A DNA stretch of 64,000 nt from assembly GCA_963700985.1 (NCBI GenBank), contig OY969554.1:1248001-1312000 (forward strand). Direction: 5' to 3'. Below the pieces are notes generated by a model. That model was given only the letters and a program-made list of their open reading frames with translations, made no database searches and had not been told where the DNA came from. Below are positions 9,103 to 17,927 of this stretch, piece after piece; within the stretch, counting starts at the first letter, position 1; each line of letters starts with the position of its first letter. Position numbers and translations under genes: made by a program. This DNA comes from an uncultured Chlamydiales bacterium. Its GTDB lineage: Bacteria > Chlamydiota > Chlamydiia > Chlamydiales > Rhabdochlamydiaceae.

Positions 9103-10059
9103 CTATTTATCTTTGAGAGCTGAGGGATGGGCTTTCTGGTAGACATCGCGCTTTAAACGCGTGGAGACTTGCGTGTAGATGGTGGTAGTGGCAAGCGAGC
9201 TATGACCAAGTAGCATTTGAATAGTCTTGAGATCCATGCCTTTTTCAAGCCAGTGCGTTGCAATCGTATGCCGAATTGTATGCGGGGTAATCTTCCCCGA
9301 CAGTCCACTAGCCAATAAGTATTCTTCGAATTTGCGATCTATCGAACGCACAGTGATGCGCTTGCCCCATTTGTTCAGAAAGATCGCTTCTTCATCTTGC
9401 TGAGGTTGATGGATCTCAGAACTTAAATGACGCTCGGAATCATCTAAATATCTCTGTATCCATGAGACAGCTGTTTGAGTAATCGGCACCACGCGCTGCT
9501 TTTTTCCTTTGCCCATCACGCGCGCTTGCCGCCTAATAGGATCGACATCAGTTCGGTTCAAAGCAGCCAGTTCACTGATGCGCAGCCCAGAGCTATAAAA
9601 TAGCTCCATGATACATCGATCGCGTAGTCCTAGGTAAGTGCCCGTATCCGGAGCCGAAAACAGGCGCTCGACCTGTTCATAGGAGAGCGAGGCCGGAATG
9701 GTCTTTTCCAGTTTGGGGCTATCGATCTCATCCAAGGGATTAAAAGAGATAAGCTTTTCTTTACATAGAAAATGAAAAAAAGAGCGCAAGCTCGAAAGGC
9801 GACGTAGGATGGTGCGTTTTTTGGCTTGTTTGAAGCTCAAGGCAGCCAGAAACCCGCGAATATGCCTTTTGTCGATATTCGCAATAGGCACAGAAATATT
9901 TTCACTCTCAAGGAAAAACCTGAAACTCTCGAGGTCCATACCATAATTGCGTATGGTGTGGACAGAGGCGTTCCTCACGACGCGTAAATACTCTAAGAAT
10001 CGGGTGATAACTGTCTTGACGTCATCCATTGTGTATATGCTAAGATTAACCAAATTCAA
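9103..10059 (-). CDS. xerC: Tyrosine recombinase XerC
   Basis: RDRCIMELFYSSGLRISE, MGKGKKQR, TPHTIRHTIATHWL and LLGHSSLATTTIYT motifs. The true start may be near 10029. Confidence 0.88.
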   Translation of the reverse strand: MNLVNLSIYTMDDVKTVITRFLEYLRVVRNASVHTIRNYGMDLESFRFFLESENISVPIANIDKRHIRGFLAALSFKQAKKRTILRRLSSLRSFFHFLCKEKLISFNPLDEIDSPKLEKTIPASLSYEQVERLFSAPDTGTYLGLRDRCIMELFYSSGLRISELAALNRTDVDPIRRQARVMGKGKKQRVVPITQTAVSWIQRYLDDSERHLSSEIHQPQQDEEAIFLNKWGKRITVRSIDRKFEEYLLASGLSGKITPHTIRHTIATHWLEKGMDLKTIQMLLGHSSLATTTIYTQVSTRLKRDVYQKAHPSALKDK

Positions 10060-10079
10060 GAATACAAAAACAGATTTTC

Positions 10080-11663
10080 ATGATCACCCTAAATAATATT
10101 TCGAAAAAGATCGGTAGCCGCGTTCTCTTTGAGAATGTCACCGTGACGTTTAGCACACATAATCGCTATGGCCTTACTGGGCCGAATGGAGCTGGGAAAT
10201 CCACTCTATTTAAAATTATCATGAAGCAAGAGGACCCAACTAGCGGAACAGTGACCTTGCCGCGTAAGGTGGGCTTTTTAAGACAGAATATCGAAGACTT
10301 CCGCGATTTTAGAGTGCTCGATGTGGTCATCATGGGTAACCAGCGGCTCTGGGATGCCTTTGCCGAAAGAGATCGCCTCTATCTAGAAGAGATGACCGAC
10401 GATGTCGGAATTCGTTTAGGCGAGCTTGAAGAGATTGTGGGAGAAGAGAATGGTTATGAGGCCGAGGCTGAGGCCGAAATGCTGCTCATCGGAATGGGTA
10501 TCTCCGCAGAATTCCACCAGCAGCAGATGTCCGCTGTCCCCAACGATATTCAATTCCGCGTGCTGCTCTGCCAAGCGCTTTTTGGCAATCCCGAAGCCCT
10601 GCTTCTCGATGAACCGACCAACCACCTTGACCTTGAGTCGATCAGTTGGCTCGAGACCTTCCTGCATCGATACACAGGCACACTTGTTGTCGTCAGCCAT
10701 GACCGCCACTTCCTCAACGCCGTCACGACGCATATCGCTGATATCGATTATGAGACGCTGATCATCTATTCGGGCAATTACGACGACATGCTCGTAGCTA
10801 AAACTGCAGTACGTGAGCGCACTGAATCTGAAAATAAGAGCAAAGAAAAAAAGATTTCTCAACTTCAAGAATTTGTGGCGCGCTTCGGTGCAGGTACTCG
10901 TGCCAGCCAAGTACAATCTCGCATACGCGAGATTGAACGTTTAGCCCCCATGGATCTTAAAAAATCTAACATTCAAAGACCTTACATCCGTTTCTATCCA
11001 CCTGAAAAACCCTCGGGCCAGGTCGTATTTAAGATCGACAACCTTTCCAAAGGTTATGATGGGAAAAAGGTCATTGATAAGGTTACCTGCGACATCGTGC
11101 GCGGCGAAAAAATCGGTGTGATTGGAAACAACGGCAAAGGAAAGACCACCTTGCTCAAAATGCTCGCTCAAGTGCTTCCTCAAGATGGTGGCGGCATTGA
11201 AGTCGGCCATCAAGTGCAGATCGGCTATTTCCCTCAAAACCACAATGAAATCATCGATAAGCGCTCATCGATGACTGCCTTTGAGTGGCTTAAAAAGCGC
11301 CGAGATGGCGTTTACGATCAAGATATTCGCAGTGTGCTTGGAAAGATGCTCTTCGGTGGCGATGACGCCTTTAAACAGATCTCTGCCCTTTCGGGAGGAG
11401 AGACTGCCCGCCTCATCATTGCCGGCATGATGCTCTGCAATTACAACGTGCTGGTTTTGGATGAACCTAACAACCATCTCGACCTGGAAGCTGTCTCTGC
11501 CCTTGCCTGGGCTCTGCAAGACTATAAAGGCACGGTAATCATCGCCAGCCATGATCGAGATCTGATGAACCGTGCGACCACTAAAACGTTTGCCTTTGAA
11601 GATAAAGGCATGCGCATCTTTGAAGGACCGCTGGAAGAATACTTAACGGTTCACGCCAAATAA
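10080..11663 (+). CDS. ABC-F family ATPase
   Basis: Two NBDs (GPNGAGKS, GNNGKGKT), DEPTNHLD and LSGGE; no TM domain. Confidence 0.93.
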   Translation: MITLNNISKKIGSRVLFENVTVTFSTHNRYGLTGPNGAGKSTLFKIIMKQEDPTSGTVTLPRKVGFLRQNIEDFRDFRVLDVVIMGNQRLWDAFAERDRLYLEEMTDDVGIRLGELEEIVGEENGYEAEAEAEMLLIGMGISAEFHQQQMSAVPNDIQFRVLLCQALFGNPEALLLDEPTNHLDLESISWLETFLHRYTGTLVVVSHDRHFLNAVTTHIADIDYETLIIYSGNYDDMLVAKTAVRERTESENKSKEKKISQLQEFVARFGAGTRASQVQSRIREIERLAPMDLKKSNIQRPYIRFYPPEKPSGQVVFKIDNLSKGYDGKKVIDKVTCDIVRGEKIGVIGNNGKGKTTLLKMLAQVLPQDGGGIEVGHQVQIGYFPQNHNEIIDKRSSMTAFEWLKKRRDGVYDQDIRSVLGKMLFGGDDAFKQISALSGGETARLIIAGMMLCNYNVLVLDEPNNHLDLEAVSALAWALQDYKGTVIIASHDRDLMNRATTKTFAFEDKGMRIFEGPLEEYLTVHAK

Positions 11664-11667
11664 GCCC

Positions 11668-12264
11668 ATGAGCCAAACGATTCTGCCCGCCGCTCTTTCA
11701 CACGCTGAGAAACTCAAAGCCATCGAGTATCATTTTGCTCAAATCATGCAAACTCTTGGGCTCGATCTCACGCAGCCATCATTGGCCGATACCCCAAAGC
11801 GCGTAGCAAAAATGTATGTCGACGAGTTCTTCTCTGGCCTCGATCCTGAAAACTTCCCTAGAATGAGCTTCTTCGATCCTCCAGAAGCAGATGCCGAGAT
11901 GGTCTTAATCCGCGACATCACCGTAGAGAGCATTTGCGAACACCATTTCGTTCCCATGAGTGGACACGCTTATGTGGCCTATCTTCCCAATAAAAAGATC
12001 ATCGGTCTTTCGAAAATCCCTCGATTAGTGAACTACTTTTGTCGGCGGCCTCAGCTTCAAGAACGCTTAACCGCACAAATCGCCAATGCGCTTGTCCACC
12101 TGCTCGAAACAGAAGACGTCGCAGTTTGGATCGAAGCGAAACACTACTGCATCGCCATGCGCGGCATCAAAGACACCTCAAGCACCACCGTTACTCAAGA
12201 CCTCCGCGGTAAGTTCCGCTCCGACTCTACCCTGGCCCAACAGTTTCTATTAAGTATCGGTTGA
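11668..12264 (+). CDS. folE: GTP cyclohydrolase I
   Basis: DTPKRVAKMY, SICEHHFVP, GLSKIPR, RPQLQERLT and HYCIAMRG motifs. Confidence 0.96.
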   Translation: MSQTILPAALSHAEKLKAIEYHFAQIMQTLGLDLTQPSLADTPKRVAKMYVDEFFSGLDPENFPRMSFFDPPEADAEMVLIRDITVESICEHHFVPMSGHAYVAYLPNKKIIGLSKIPRLVNYFCRRPQLQERLTAQIANALVHLLETEDVAVWIEAKHYCIAMRGIKDTSSTTVTQDLRGKFRSDSTLAQQFLLSIG

Positions 12265-12324
12265 ATATAAAATAATTTTCAAACTATCGTAAAGGTAGCT
12301 TAGAAAAGAGGGCATCAGAAACAT

Positions 12325-12552
12325 ATGGCTAGAAATGTAGACTTGAACGCAGCTTCTGCAACTCCTCATGAACAGCCTGCTTCCCCTGAAGTCAAGCTTG
12401 CACGAGAGCTGAAAGTCCCTCTGCAAAACTTCTCTGAAGAATTAAAAAATCTTACGCCGATGTCGGCCCGCAGCGACCCTTCGCTTTCCAAAATCAGCGA
12501 AACGATCATTCAATTATACGACATTGCCAAGCGCGCTGCTAAAATAGAATAG
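12325..12552 (+). CDS. Small hypothetical protein
   Basis: ORF with a plausible RBS, co-oriented with the next ORF. Confidence 0.55.
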   Translation: MARNVDLNAASATPHEQPASPEVKLARELKVPLQNFSEELKNLTPMSARSDPSLSKISETIIQLYDIAKRAAKIE

Positions 12553-12559
12553 AGGATTT

Positions 12560-12799
12560 ATGCTTAAAGAAAATCTCAAAGACGCAGGGCAGATCTTGCA
12601 AAATATCCTCAATCAGCCTCTCTCGATCCCTGGCATGACTGAAACCGTTACGCTGCTTTCAGCTGCCCAAGATTATCAGCCTAACCAAGGTGAAGATTCG
12701 GTTCTAAGCAAGGCAATGCTCTCCATCCTGCTTTACCCAGAACCCTCTCAGATCCTGCTGCGCGAGTTGGACATCCTCTACAGCGAAATCAACGTTTAA
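12560..12799 (+). CDS. Small hypothetical protein
   Basis: GAGGA RBS; follows the previous ORF after a 7-nt gap. Confidence 0.55.
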   Translation: MLKENLKDAGQILQNILNQPLSIPGMTETVTLLSAAQDYQPNQGEDSVLSKAMLSILLYPEPSQILLRELDILYSEINV

Positions 12800-12824
12800 T
12801 TCTCACAAAATTTCCTCCTATTCC

Positions 12825-12877
12825 GCATATTTTCCTCAATATGTCCATTTTTTCTGGACATTCCAAGGAAAACATGC
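12825..12877 (+). promoter_or_regulatory. Long imperfect inverted repeat overlapping the AbiE promoter (likely autoregulatory operator)
   Basis: GCATATTTTCCT..ATGTCCA/TGGACAT..AGGAAAACATGC. TGGACA and CATAAT promoter-like hexamers precede ATG 12890. Confidence 0.65.
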
Positions 12878-12889
12878 ATAATAATATAT

Positions 12890-13507
12890 ATGAACTTTGA
12901 ACTATTTAGAAAGCTGACTCCGATAGAAGTATTTGACTACCAGCTACTTGCAAATTACCTAAAAGATCATAAAAAGCCACGGGATAAGGTCGCGTCTTTA
13001 ATCACTGAAGGGAAGATAGTTAGGATAAAAAAAGGCTTATATATTTTCGGCGAAGATTGGCGCCGCACCCCAATCAGCTTAGAAATGCTTGCAAATCTCG
13101 TCTATGGCCCATCATGCATCTCTTTTGAATATGCCCTTACACACTATGGTTTGATTGCCGAACGTTCTATGGTCATCACTTCTTTAGCTATCGGCGATTC
13201 AAAAACTTTTCAAACCCCTCTTGGAACATTTGAATATCGCGCCATTGATAGAGAAAAATTCAAAGTGGGAATAGAATATAGAAATTTAGGAAAGGAAGGC
13301 GGCTATTTTATCGCATCTAAGGAAAAAGCTTTAGCAGACCTTGTTTATCGGACACCAAGGATTCGAACTCTAGAACAGCTTCGCTACTATCTATTCGAGG
13401 AAATGAGAGTGGATGAGACGATGTTCAGAGCGCTTGATCCACATAAATTAAACGACATCTCTCATGCTTATAACAAAAACAGCGTCAAAATGCTGAGTAA
13501 ATTATGA
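12890..13507 (+). CDS. Type IV TA antitoxin AbiEi-like
   Basis: RIKKGLY, LVYGPSCISFEYALTHYGLI and EKALADLVY motifs; ATGA-coupled to the toxin. Confidence 0.85.
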   Translation: MNFELFRKLTPIEVFDYQLLANYLKDHKKPRDKVASLITEGKIVRIKKGLYIFGEDWRRTPISLEMLANLVYGPSCISFEYALTHYGLIAERSMVITSLAIGDSKTFQTPLGTFEYRAIDREKFKVGIEYRNLGKEGGYFIASKEKALADLVYRTPRIRTLEQLRYYLFEEMRVDETMFRALDPHKLNDISHAYNKNSVKMLSKL

Positions 13508-14391
13508 CCACAACAATTGGAAGTTTATTAGAGAGCTATAACCCTAAGTCAAAAAACGAATATGAAAATGCGATTCAAGAAATCATGCAAGAAATCGCGT
13601 TAATGGGCTTATGGAGAGCTAAGTTTTTTGAGCATGCTGCTTTCTATGGCGGGACAGCTCTCCGAATCTTATATGGGCTTGATCGATTCAGCGAAGATCT
13701 TGATTTTTCTCTGCTCAAACCGGATCCTACGTTTAATCTACTACCTTTTCTAAAAGCACTTGAGGAAGAATTAGAAATTTCAGGCCTTAAAGTGAGCGTG
13801 GAACACAAAATTAAACATCCTCAAGAATCCATACGTTCAGCATTTCTAAAAACTGGAACATTGGAAACTTTCATTCGTATTGGTTTAGATGAATCCTTAA
13901 AAAGGCATACTCAATCAAACGAAGTCATTAAAATAAAACTGGAAATCGACATCGATCCACCTGGAGGTTTTGCTACCGAAGTTCGCTATCTCACCAAACC
14001 CATTCCATTCTCTGTTTGCACCTATTCGCCTCAAGATTTATTCGCTGGAAAAATGCATGCGGTTTTATGCCGACCTTATAAGGTTCGCGTGAAGGGAAGA
14101 GATTGGTATGATTTCATTTGGTACGTGAACAAAGGATTTCCTTTGCATTTGGCTCACCTGGAAACCCGCATGAGACAATCAGGTAATTACACCTCTGAAA
14201 AACCACTTACAAAAGAATCTTTCATGGATTTGATGGAGAAAAAGATCTTAGCGTTAGATCTGCATGCAGCCAAAGAAGATATTCGAAGATTCATTAGAGA
14301 TCCCAGAATTCTCGACGGTTGGTCTACAGAGTTTTTTATGAGTCTTTTGCCCAGAATTCAATTTTCTAATTCAGAAAAGAAAAGCCCGTAG
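13504..14391 (+). CDS. Type IV TA toxin AbiEii-like nucleotidyltransferase
   Basis: FYGGTALRILYGLDRFSEDLDFS, IKLEID, AGKMHA and KGRDWYD motifs. Confidence 0.92.
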   Translation: MTTTIGSLLESYNPKSKNEYENAIQEIMQEIALMGLWRAKFFEHAAFYGGTALRILYGLDRFSEDLDFSLLKPDPTFNLLPFLKALEEELEISGLKVSVEHKIKHPQESIRSAFLKTGTLETFIRIGLDESLKRHTQSNEVIKIKLEIDIDPPGGFATEVRYLTKPIPFSVCTYSPQDLFAGKMHAVLCRPYKVRVKGRDWYDFIWYVNKGFPLHLAHLETRMRQSGNYTSEKPLTKESFMDLMEKKILALDLHAAKEDIRRFIRDPRILDGWSTEFFMSLLPRIQFSNSEKKSP

Positions 14392-14405
14392 GGTCCAATC
14401 TTTGA

Positions 14406-15335
14406 TTAAATAGGGAGTCCATATTTCTTATGGATCTCATCGTGATGCTTTTCGACTTCTAAGTGCGTGAAAATTTCCGCCTGCATATTCAGTGAATTTT
14501 TTAAATACTGCTCAATTTGGCTGGCTATCTCATGAGCTTTTCCAAGCATGAGATCTTCAGGAAATAACAGGTGAAATTCCACTGTGATTTTATTTCCGAT
14601 AAGTCGGCATCTAAGATGATGGAAATCAAAATTTCGCTGTTTTTTTTCTGCGTTAAGCAGATCGACAATTCGCTTATAAAGGCTTATGTCGATCTTATCC
14701 ATTAACCCGCCGACAGATTTTTTGATCAGTTTGCTACCGGTCCACAAGATATTTGTGGCGGCGAGAATGGCGATCATGGGGTCAAAAAGAGTAATGCCAG
14801 TTAACTTCACCAAAAATAAAGCGACGATCGCCGCAAAGCTAGTCCAGCAATCAGTTAGAATATGTTTGCCGTTCGCTTCTAAAATGATCGACTTGTGCTT
14901 CTTCCCTTTTCTAATCAAATAGACGCTGAGGACCAGATTAATAATCACGGCAGCTACGATAAAAATTGTGCCGAAGCTGATATTTTCTAGCTCAGAGCCA
15001 TGTAAAATTTTTAGGAAAGCTTCGTAGTAGATGAATAGAGCGGCGATGATAATCATGGCGCCTTCAAAACCGGCTGAAAAGAAACTTATTTTCTCATGCC
15101 CATAAGGGTGATTCTCATCAGCCGGTCTTAAGCTGAACCACATGCTATAAGCGGCAAATCCAACTGCAAAAACATGTATTACAGACTCTGCAGCATCGGA
15201 AAGAATGGCGGTCGACCCTGTGATGAAATATGCATAAGTTTTAAAGAACAGCATGAATACGCCAACCAGAAATGATAGTTTCATGGAGAACTTCATGTCT
15301 TTTTGATCAGAGGGCGTAAACGAACAGGTATCCAT
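14406..15335 (-). CDS. Cation diffusion facilitator transporter
   Basis: SDAAES, HPYGHEK and GKHILTD motifs; multiple TM helices. Confidence 0.92.
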   Translation of the reverse strand: MDTCSFTPSDQKDMKFSMKLSFLVGVFMLFFKTYAYFITGSTAILSDAAESVIHVFAVGFAAYSMWFSLRPADENHPYGHEKISFFSAGFEGAMIIIAALFIYYEAFLKILHGSELENISFGTIFIVAAVIINLVLSVYLIRKGKKHKSIILEANGKHILTDCWTSFAAIVALFLVKLTGITLFDPMIAILAATNILWTGSKLIKKSVGGLMDKIDISLYKRIVDLLNAEKKQRNFDFHHLRCRLIGNKITVEFHLLFPEDLMLGKAHEIASQIEQYLKNSLNMQAEIFTHLEVEKHHDEIHKKYGLPI

Positions 15336-15347
15336 GTTTTACAATCT

Positions 15348-16253
15348 CTATTTTGGGAAAGGGAAGTTCTTGAGATCGTCGGCAGTGAAGGTATTGGGAA
15401 AGATGGTTTTAGCTTCTTGCGCAAACTCTTCGAGGTCTTGATAGCGCGCAGAAAAATGCGTTAAGATTAACTCTTGAACGCCAGCTTTTTTGGCGATTTC
15501 AGCCGCTTGTTTAGCTGTGAGATGGTTGTATTCTTCAGCAAGCTCGCGATGACGTTCGAGATATGTGCTTTCGCATAAGAGAATCTTAGCACCCTTAGCA
15601 ATATCGATGGCTGCTTGGCAATAAGAGGTGTCGACCACCACAGCGATCACATCTCCAGGGCGAACATGGCTTACTTCATCTAAGGTGATGATTCGGCCAT
15701 CTATTTCTATCTTTCCATCTTGCTCGAGCTTGCGCACAAGTGGGCCCCTCACTCCAAAGCTATCGAGCTTCTGCTTATCAAACTTGCGGGTGTTGGCTTC
15801 TGTCACGCGCCATCCAATATTTTCGATACCGTGTTTTAAAAACTTGGCCTCGATGCGGAAGGTCTCATCTTCGTGCACAAGCCCTTCTTCACTCACAGGG
15901 TGTTCAATTACATGGATGTTTTCATGATATGCACAGCAGTAGCGTAGGCGATCAAAATAGACCTTGCCGCTTGCCGGATAGTAGCAGTGAATAGGATGCG
16001 CGACTTTATCGAGGTTAAGGCGCATCAACATCGAGCCTAAGCCTAGGCAATGATCGCCGTGGAAATGGCTAATAAAAATTCGATTTACCGTAGGTGGAGC
16101 AACGTTGGCGAATATAAACTGGCGCTGAGTCCCTTCACCCGGGTCAAAAAGCATCCCCTCGCCATTCCATCTAAAGAGATAAGCGCCATGGTTACGTGTA
16201 CGAGTAGGCTGCTGACTTGAACACCCTAAAATCGTCAAATCTCTAATGCTCAT
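15348..16253 (-). CDS. rnz: Ribonuclease Z
   Basis: [27 protein letters not shown] and LTHFSARY motifs. Confidence 0.95.
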   Translation of the reverse strand: MSIRDLTILGCSSQQPTRTRNHGAYLFRWNGEGMLFDPGEGTQRQFIFANVAPPTVNRIFISHFHGDHCLGLGSMLMRLNLDKVAHPIHCYYPASGKVYFDRLRYCCAYHENIHVIEHPVSEEGLVHEDETFRIEAKFLKHGIENIGWRVTEANTRKFDKQKLDSFGVRGPLVRKLEQDGKIEIDGRIITLDEVSHVRPGDVIAVVVDTSYCQAAIDIAKGAKILLCESTYLERHRELAEEYNHLTAKQAAEIAKKAGVQELILTHFSARYQDLEEFAQEAKTIFPNTFTADDLKNFPFPK

Positions 16254-17407
16254 ACCGCCTCACGCGCAAAAAAAGAAAATCTTCCGAGCAAAATGCCAGT
16301 CAAGCCCCCTATTACGTGAGCGGTATTTGCGATATTTGCCGATAAAGGCGAATGCGCAAAAAGCTGCATAGCAAGAGAGAAGACTTCGAGGGCAAACATC
16401 GCCAACACAAAGATCAGCAGGAAGAAAACTGTCATGCGCGATAAAGGATATCCTTCCCATGGGGCGACTTTCTGGCGCATCCAGATAAAGCCTGCCATTC
16501 CAACAACGACTCCAGAAAAGCCTAAGAAGAAAGGACCGCTCACCAGGTATTGAGCTACATTTGAAGCAATCGATGTGGCGATGATTAACAAAAGCATGCG
16601 CCATTTACCAGCACGCTCTTCAATCTGCTTGCCAAGGATCCAAAGCCAAGCCATGTTAAATAGGATATGCAAAAAGCCGCGATGTAAAAGACAAGGTGTA
16701 AAAAGACGCCAGATCTCTCCCTCGCGAATCTTTTCAAACATCGGCGGAGCAGGCGCATTGGTATCCTTCTCTTGCTCGACGAATGAATAGATGCCTTTCC
16801 AATAGGGAATAGCTTCGGCAGCGGCGATCTGCATCTGCTCATCTTTTGGTAGACTATGCACGTCGGCTGCAGATTGAATCGGAAGGGAATACAGCACTTG
16901 CGCCAATGCAGAAAATGCATGGGGATAATCAAAAAGCAGCTCTTGTTCAAGAGGTGTAAAACCCATCTCGATAGCAAGAGGTCCATGCTCTTGGACTACC
17001 TTCACTTCTTGCAACCCATTCCAGAAGAAAATTAAGATGCAGAGCGAGAGGAAAAAATTCGTAAGTGTAAAGGCAACTCCAAGTTTAGGCCTTACCGCAA
17101 CCTTAATGCGAAATCTTTTTTTATGCGATGGAACCTCGGGCGCAATATCTTCAACGATTGGATGAACGGCTGAAAGTGGTGCATCTCCGTCTAAAACAAA
17201 ATCTTGCGGAGCCTGCTTAAAGCGCTCGAACCAAGCTGAGGCGATCTTAAATTGATTCTCTTCTTCAACCCAGACTCTTACAGCATGCTTACCAGAATCG
17301 ATATCATGATAGGCTTCATAAGAGCATGCAATTCCCTCTTTTTGAGACAGAAAGTCGCAAAAGAGATGGGCTTCTTTTTCATCCGCAAAGGTTCCGAGTA
17401 GACGCAT
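16250..17407 (-). CDS. Rhomboid intramembrane serine protease (GlpG-like)
   Basis: WRLFTP, HILFNM, GFSGVV and AHVIGG motifs. Confidence 0.92.
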   Translation of the reverse strand: MRLLGTFADEKEAHLFCDFLSQKEGIACSYEAYHDIDSGKHAVRVWVEEENQFKIASAWFERFKQAPQDFVLDGDAPLSAVHPIVEDIAPEVPSHKKRFRIKVAVRPKLGVAFTLTNFFLSLCILIFFWNGLQEVKVVQEHGPLAIEMGFTPLEQELLFDYPHAFSALAQVLYSLPIQSAADVHSLPKDEQMQIAAAEAIPYWKGIYSFVEQEKDTNAPAPPMFEKIREGEIWRLFTPCLLHRGFLHILFNMAWLWILGKQIEERAGKWRMLLLIIATSIASNVAQYLVSGPFFLGFSGVVVGMAGFIWMRQKVAPWEGYPLSRMTVFFLLIFVLAMFALEVFSLAMQLFAHSPLSANIANTAHVIGGLTGILLGRFSFFAREAV

Positions 17408-17408
17408 G

Positions 17409-17927
17409 TTAAACAGATGCCTTTATCTTGCTAATGATAGTGGAGGTGGAGAGACCTGGAACCAATGACACAATATGCACACGACCACCATGAGATCGAA
17501 CTGTTTCGGCTTCAATGCAGTTTTCTCCATATTCAGCTCCATTGACATGCACATGCGGGCGCACTTTCTCTAGCAGCTGGCGCGGATCGGTCTCTTCAAA
17601 CCAGGTGACATACTTGACATACTCTAAGGCCGCCATCATGCGCAAGCGAAACTCAAGCGGAATGATCGGTCGATCTGGACTTTTATACTGTCTGATTGAG
17701 GCGTCGCTATTTAAAGCCACCAGCAACACATCAGCTTGCAATGAAGCTTGATAGATCATCTCCAGATGACCTGCATGTAGCAGGTCGAAAGAACCGTTCA
17801 ATGTGGCAACGGTTTTTCCCTGTTTTTTGATCTCTTCAATTTTCACAGCAAGCTCACTTGGATGAATGAGCTTACGCTTACAAAAATCTGCATAGCTTTT
17901 AGGGGAAAGCGACACGGTAGACCTCAT
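17409..17927 (-). CDS. Cytidylyltransferase-superfamily protein (RfaE domain II/ADP-heptose synthase-like)
   Basis: NGSFDLLHAGH, ALNSDAS..K..RPI and GLSTSTII motifs. The start is uncertain because it overlaps the end of lon. Confidence 0.85.
   Translation of the reverse strand: MRSTVSLSPKSYADFCKRKLIHPSELAVKIEEIKKQGKTVATLNGSFDLLHAGHLEMIYQASLQADVLLVALNSDASIRQYKSPDRPIIPLEFRLRMMAALEYVKYVTWFEETDPRQLLEKVRPHVHVNGAEYGENCIEAETVRSHGGRVHIVSLVPGLSTSTIISKIKASV

Noticed and set aside
8838-9116. Short ORFs across the palindromic element (also 26547-26862)
   Set aside because: They are by-products of the repeat elements.
9103-10059. Tyrosine recombinase as a prophage/ICE integrase
   Set aside because: It has XerC-like length and motifs in a housekeeping context, with no att sites or phage genes.
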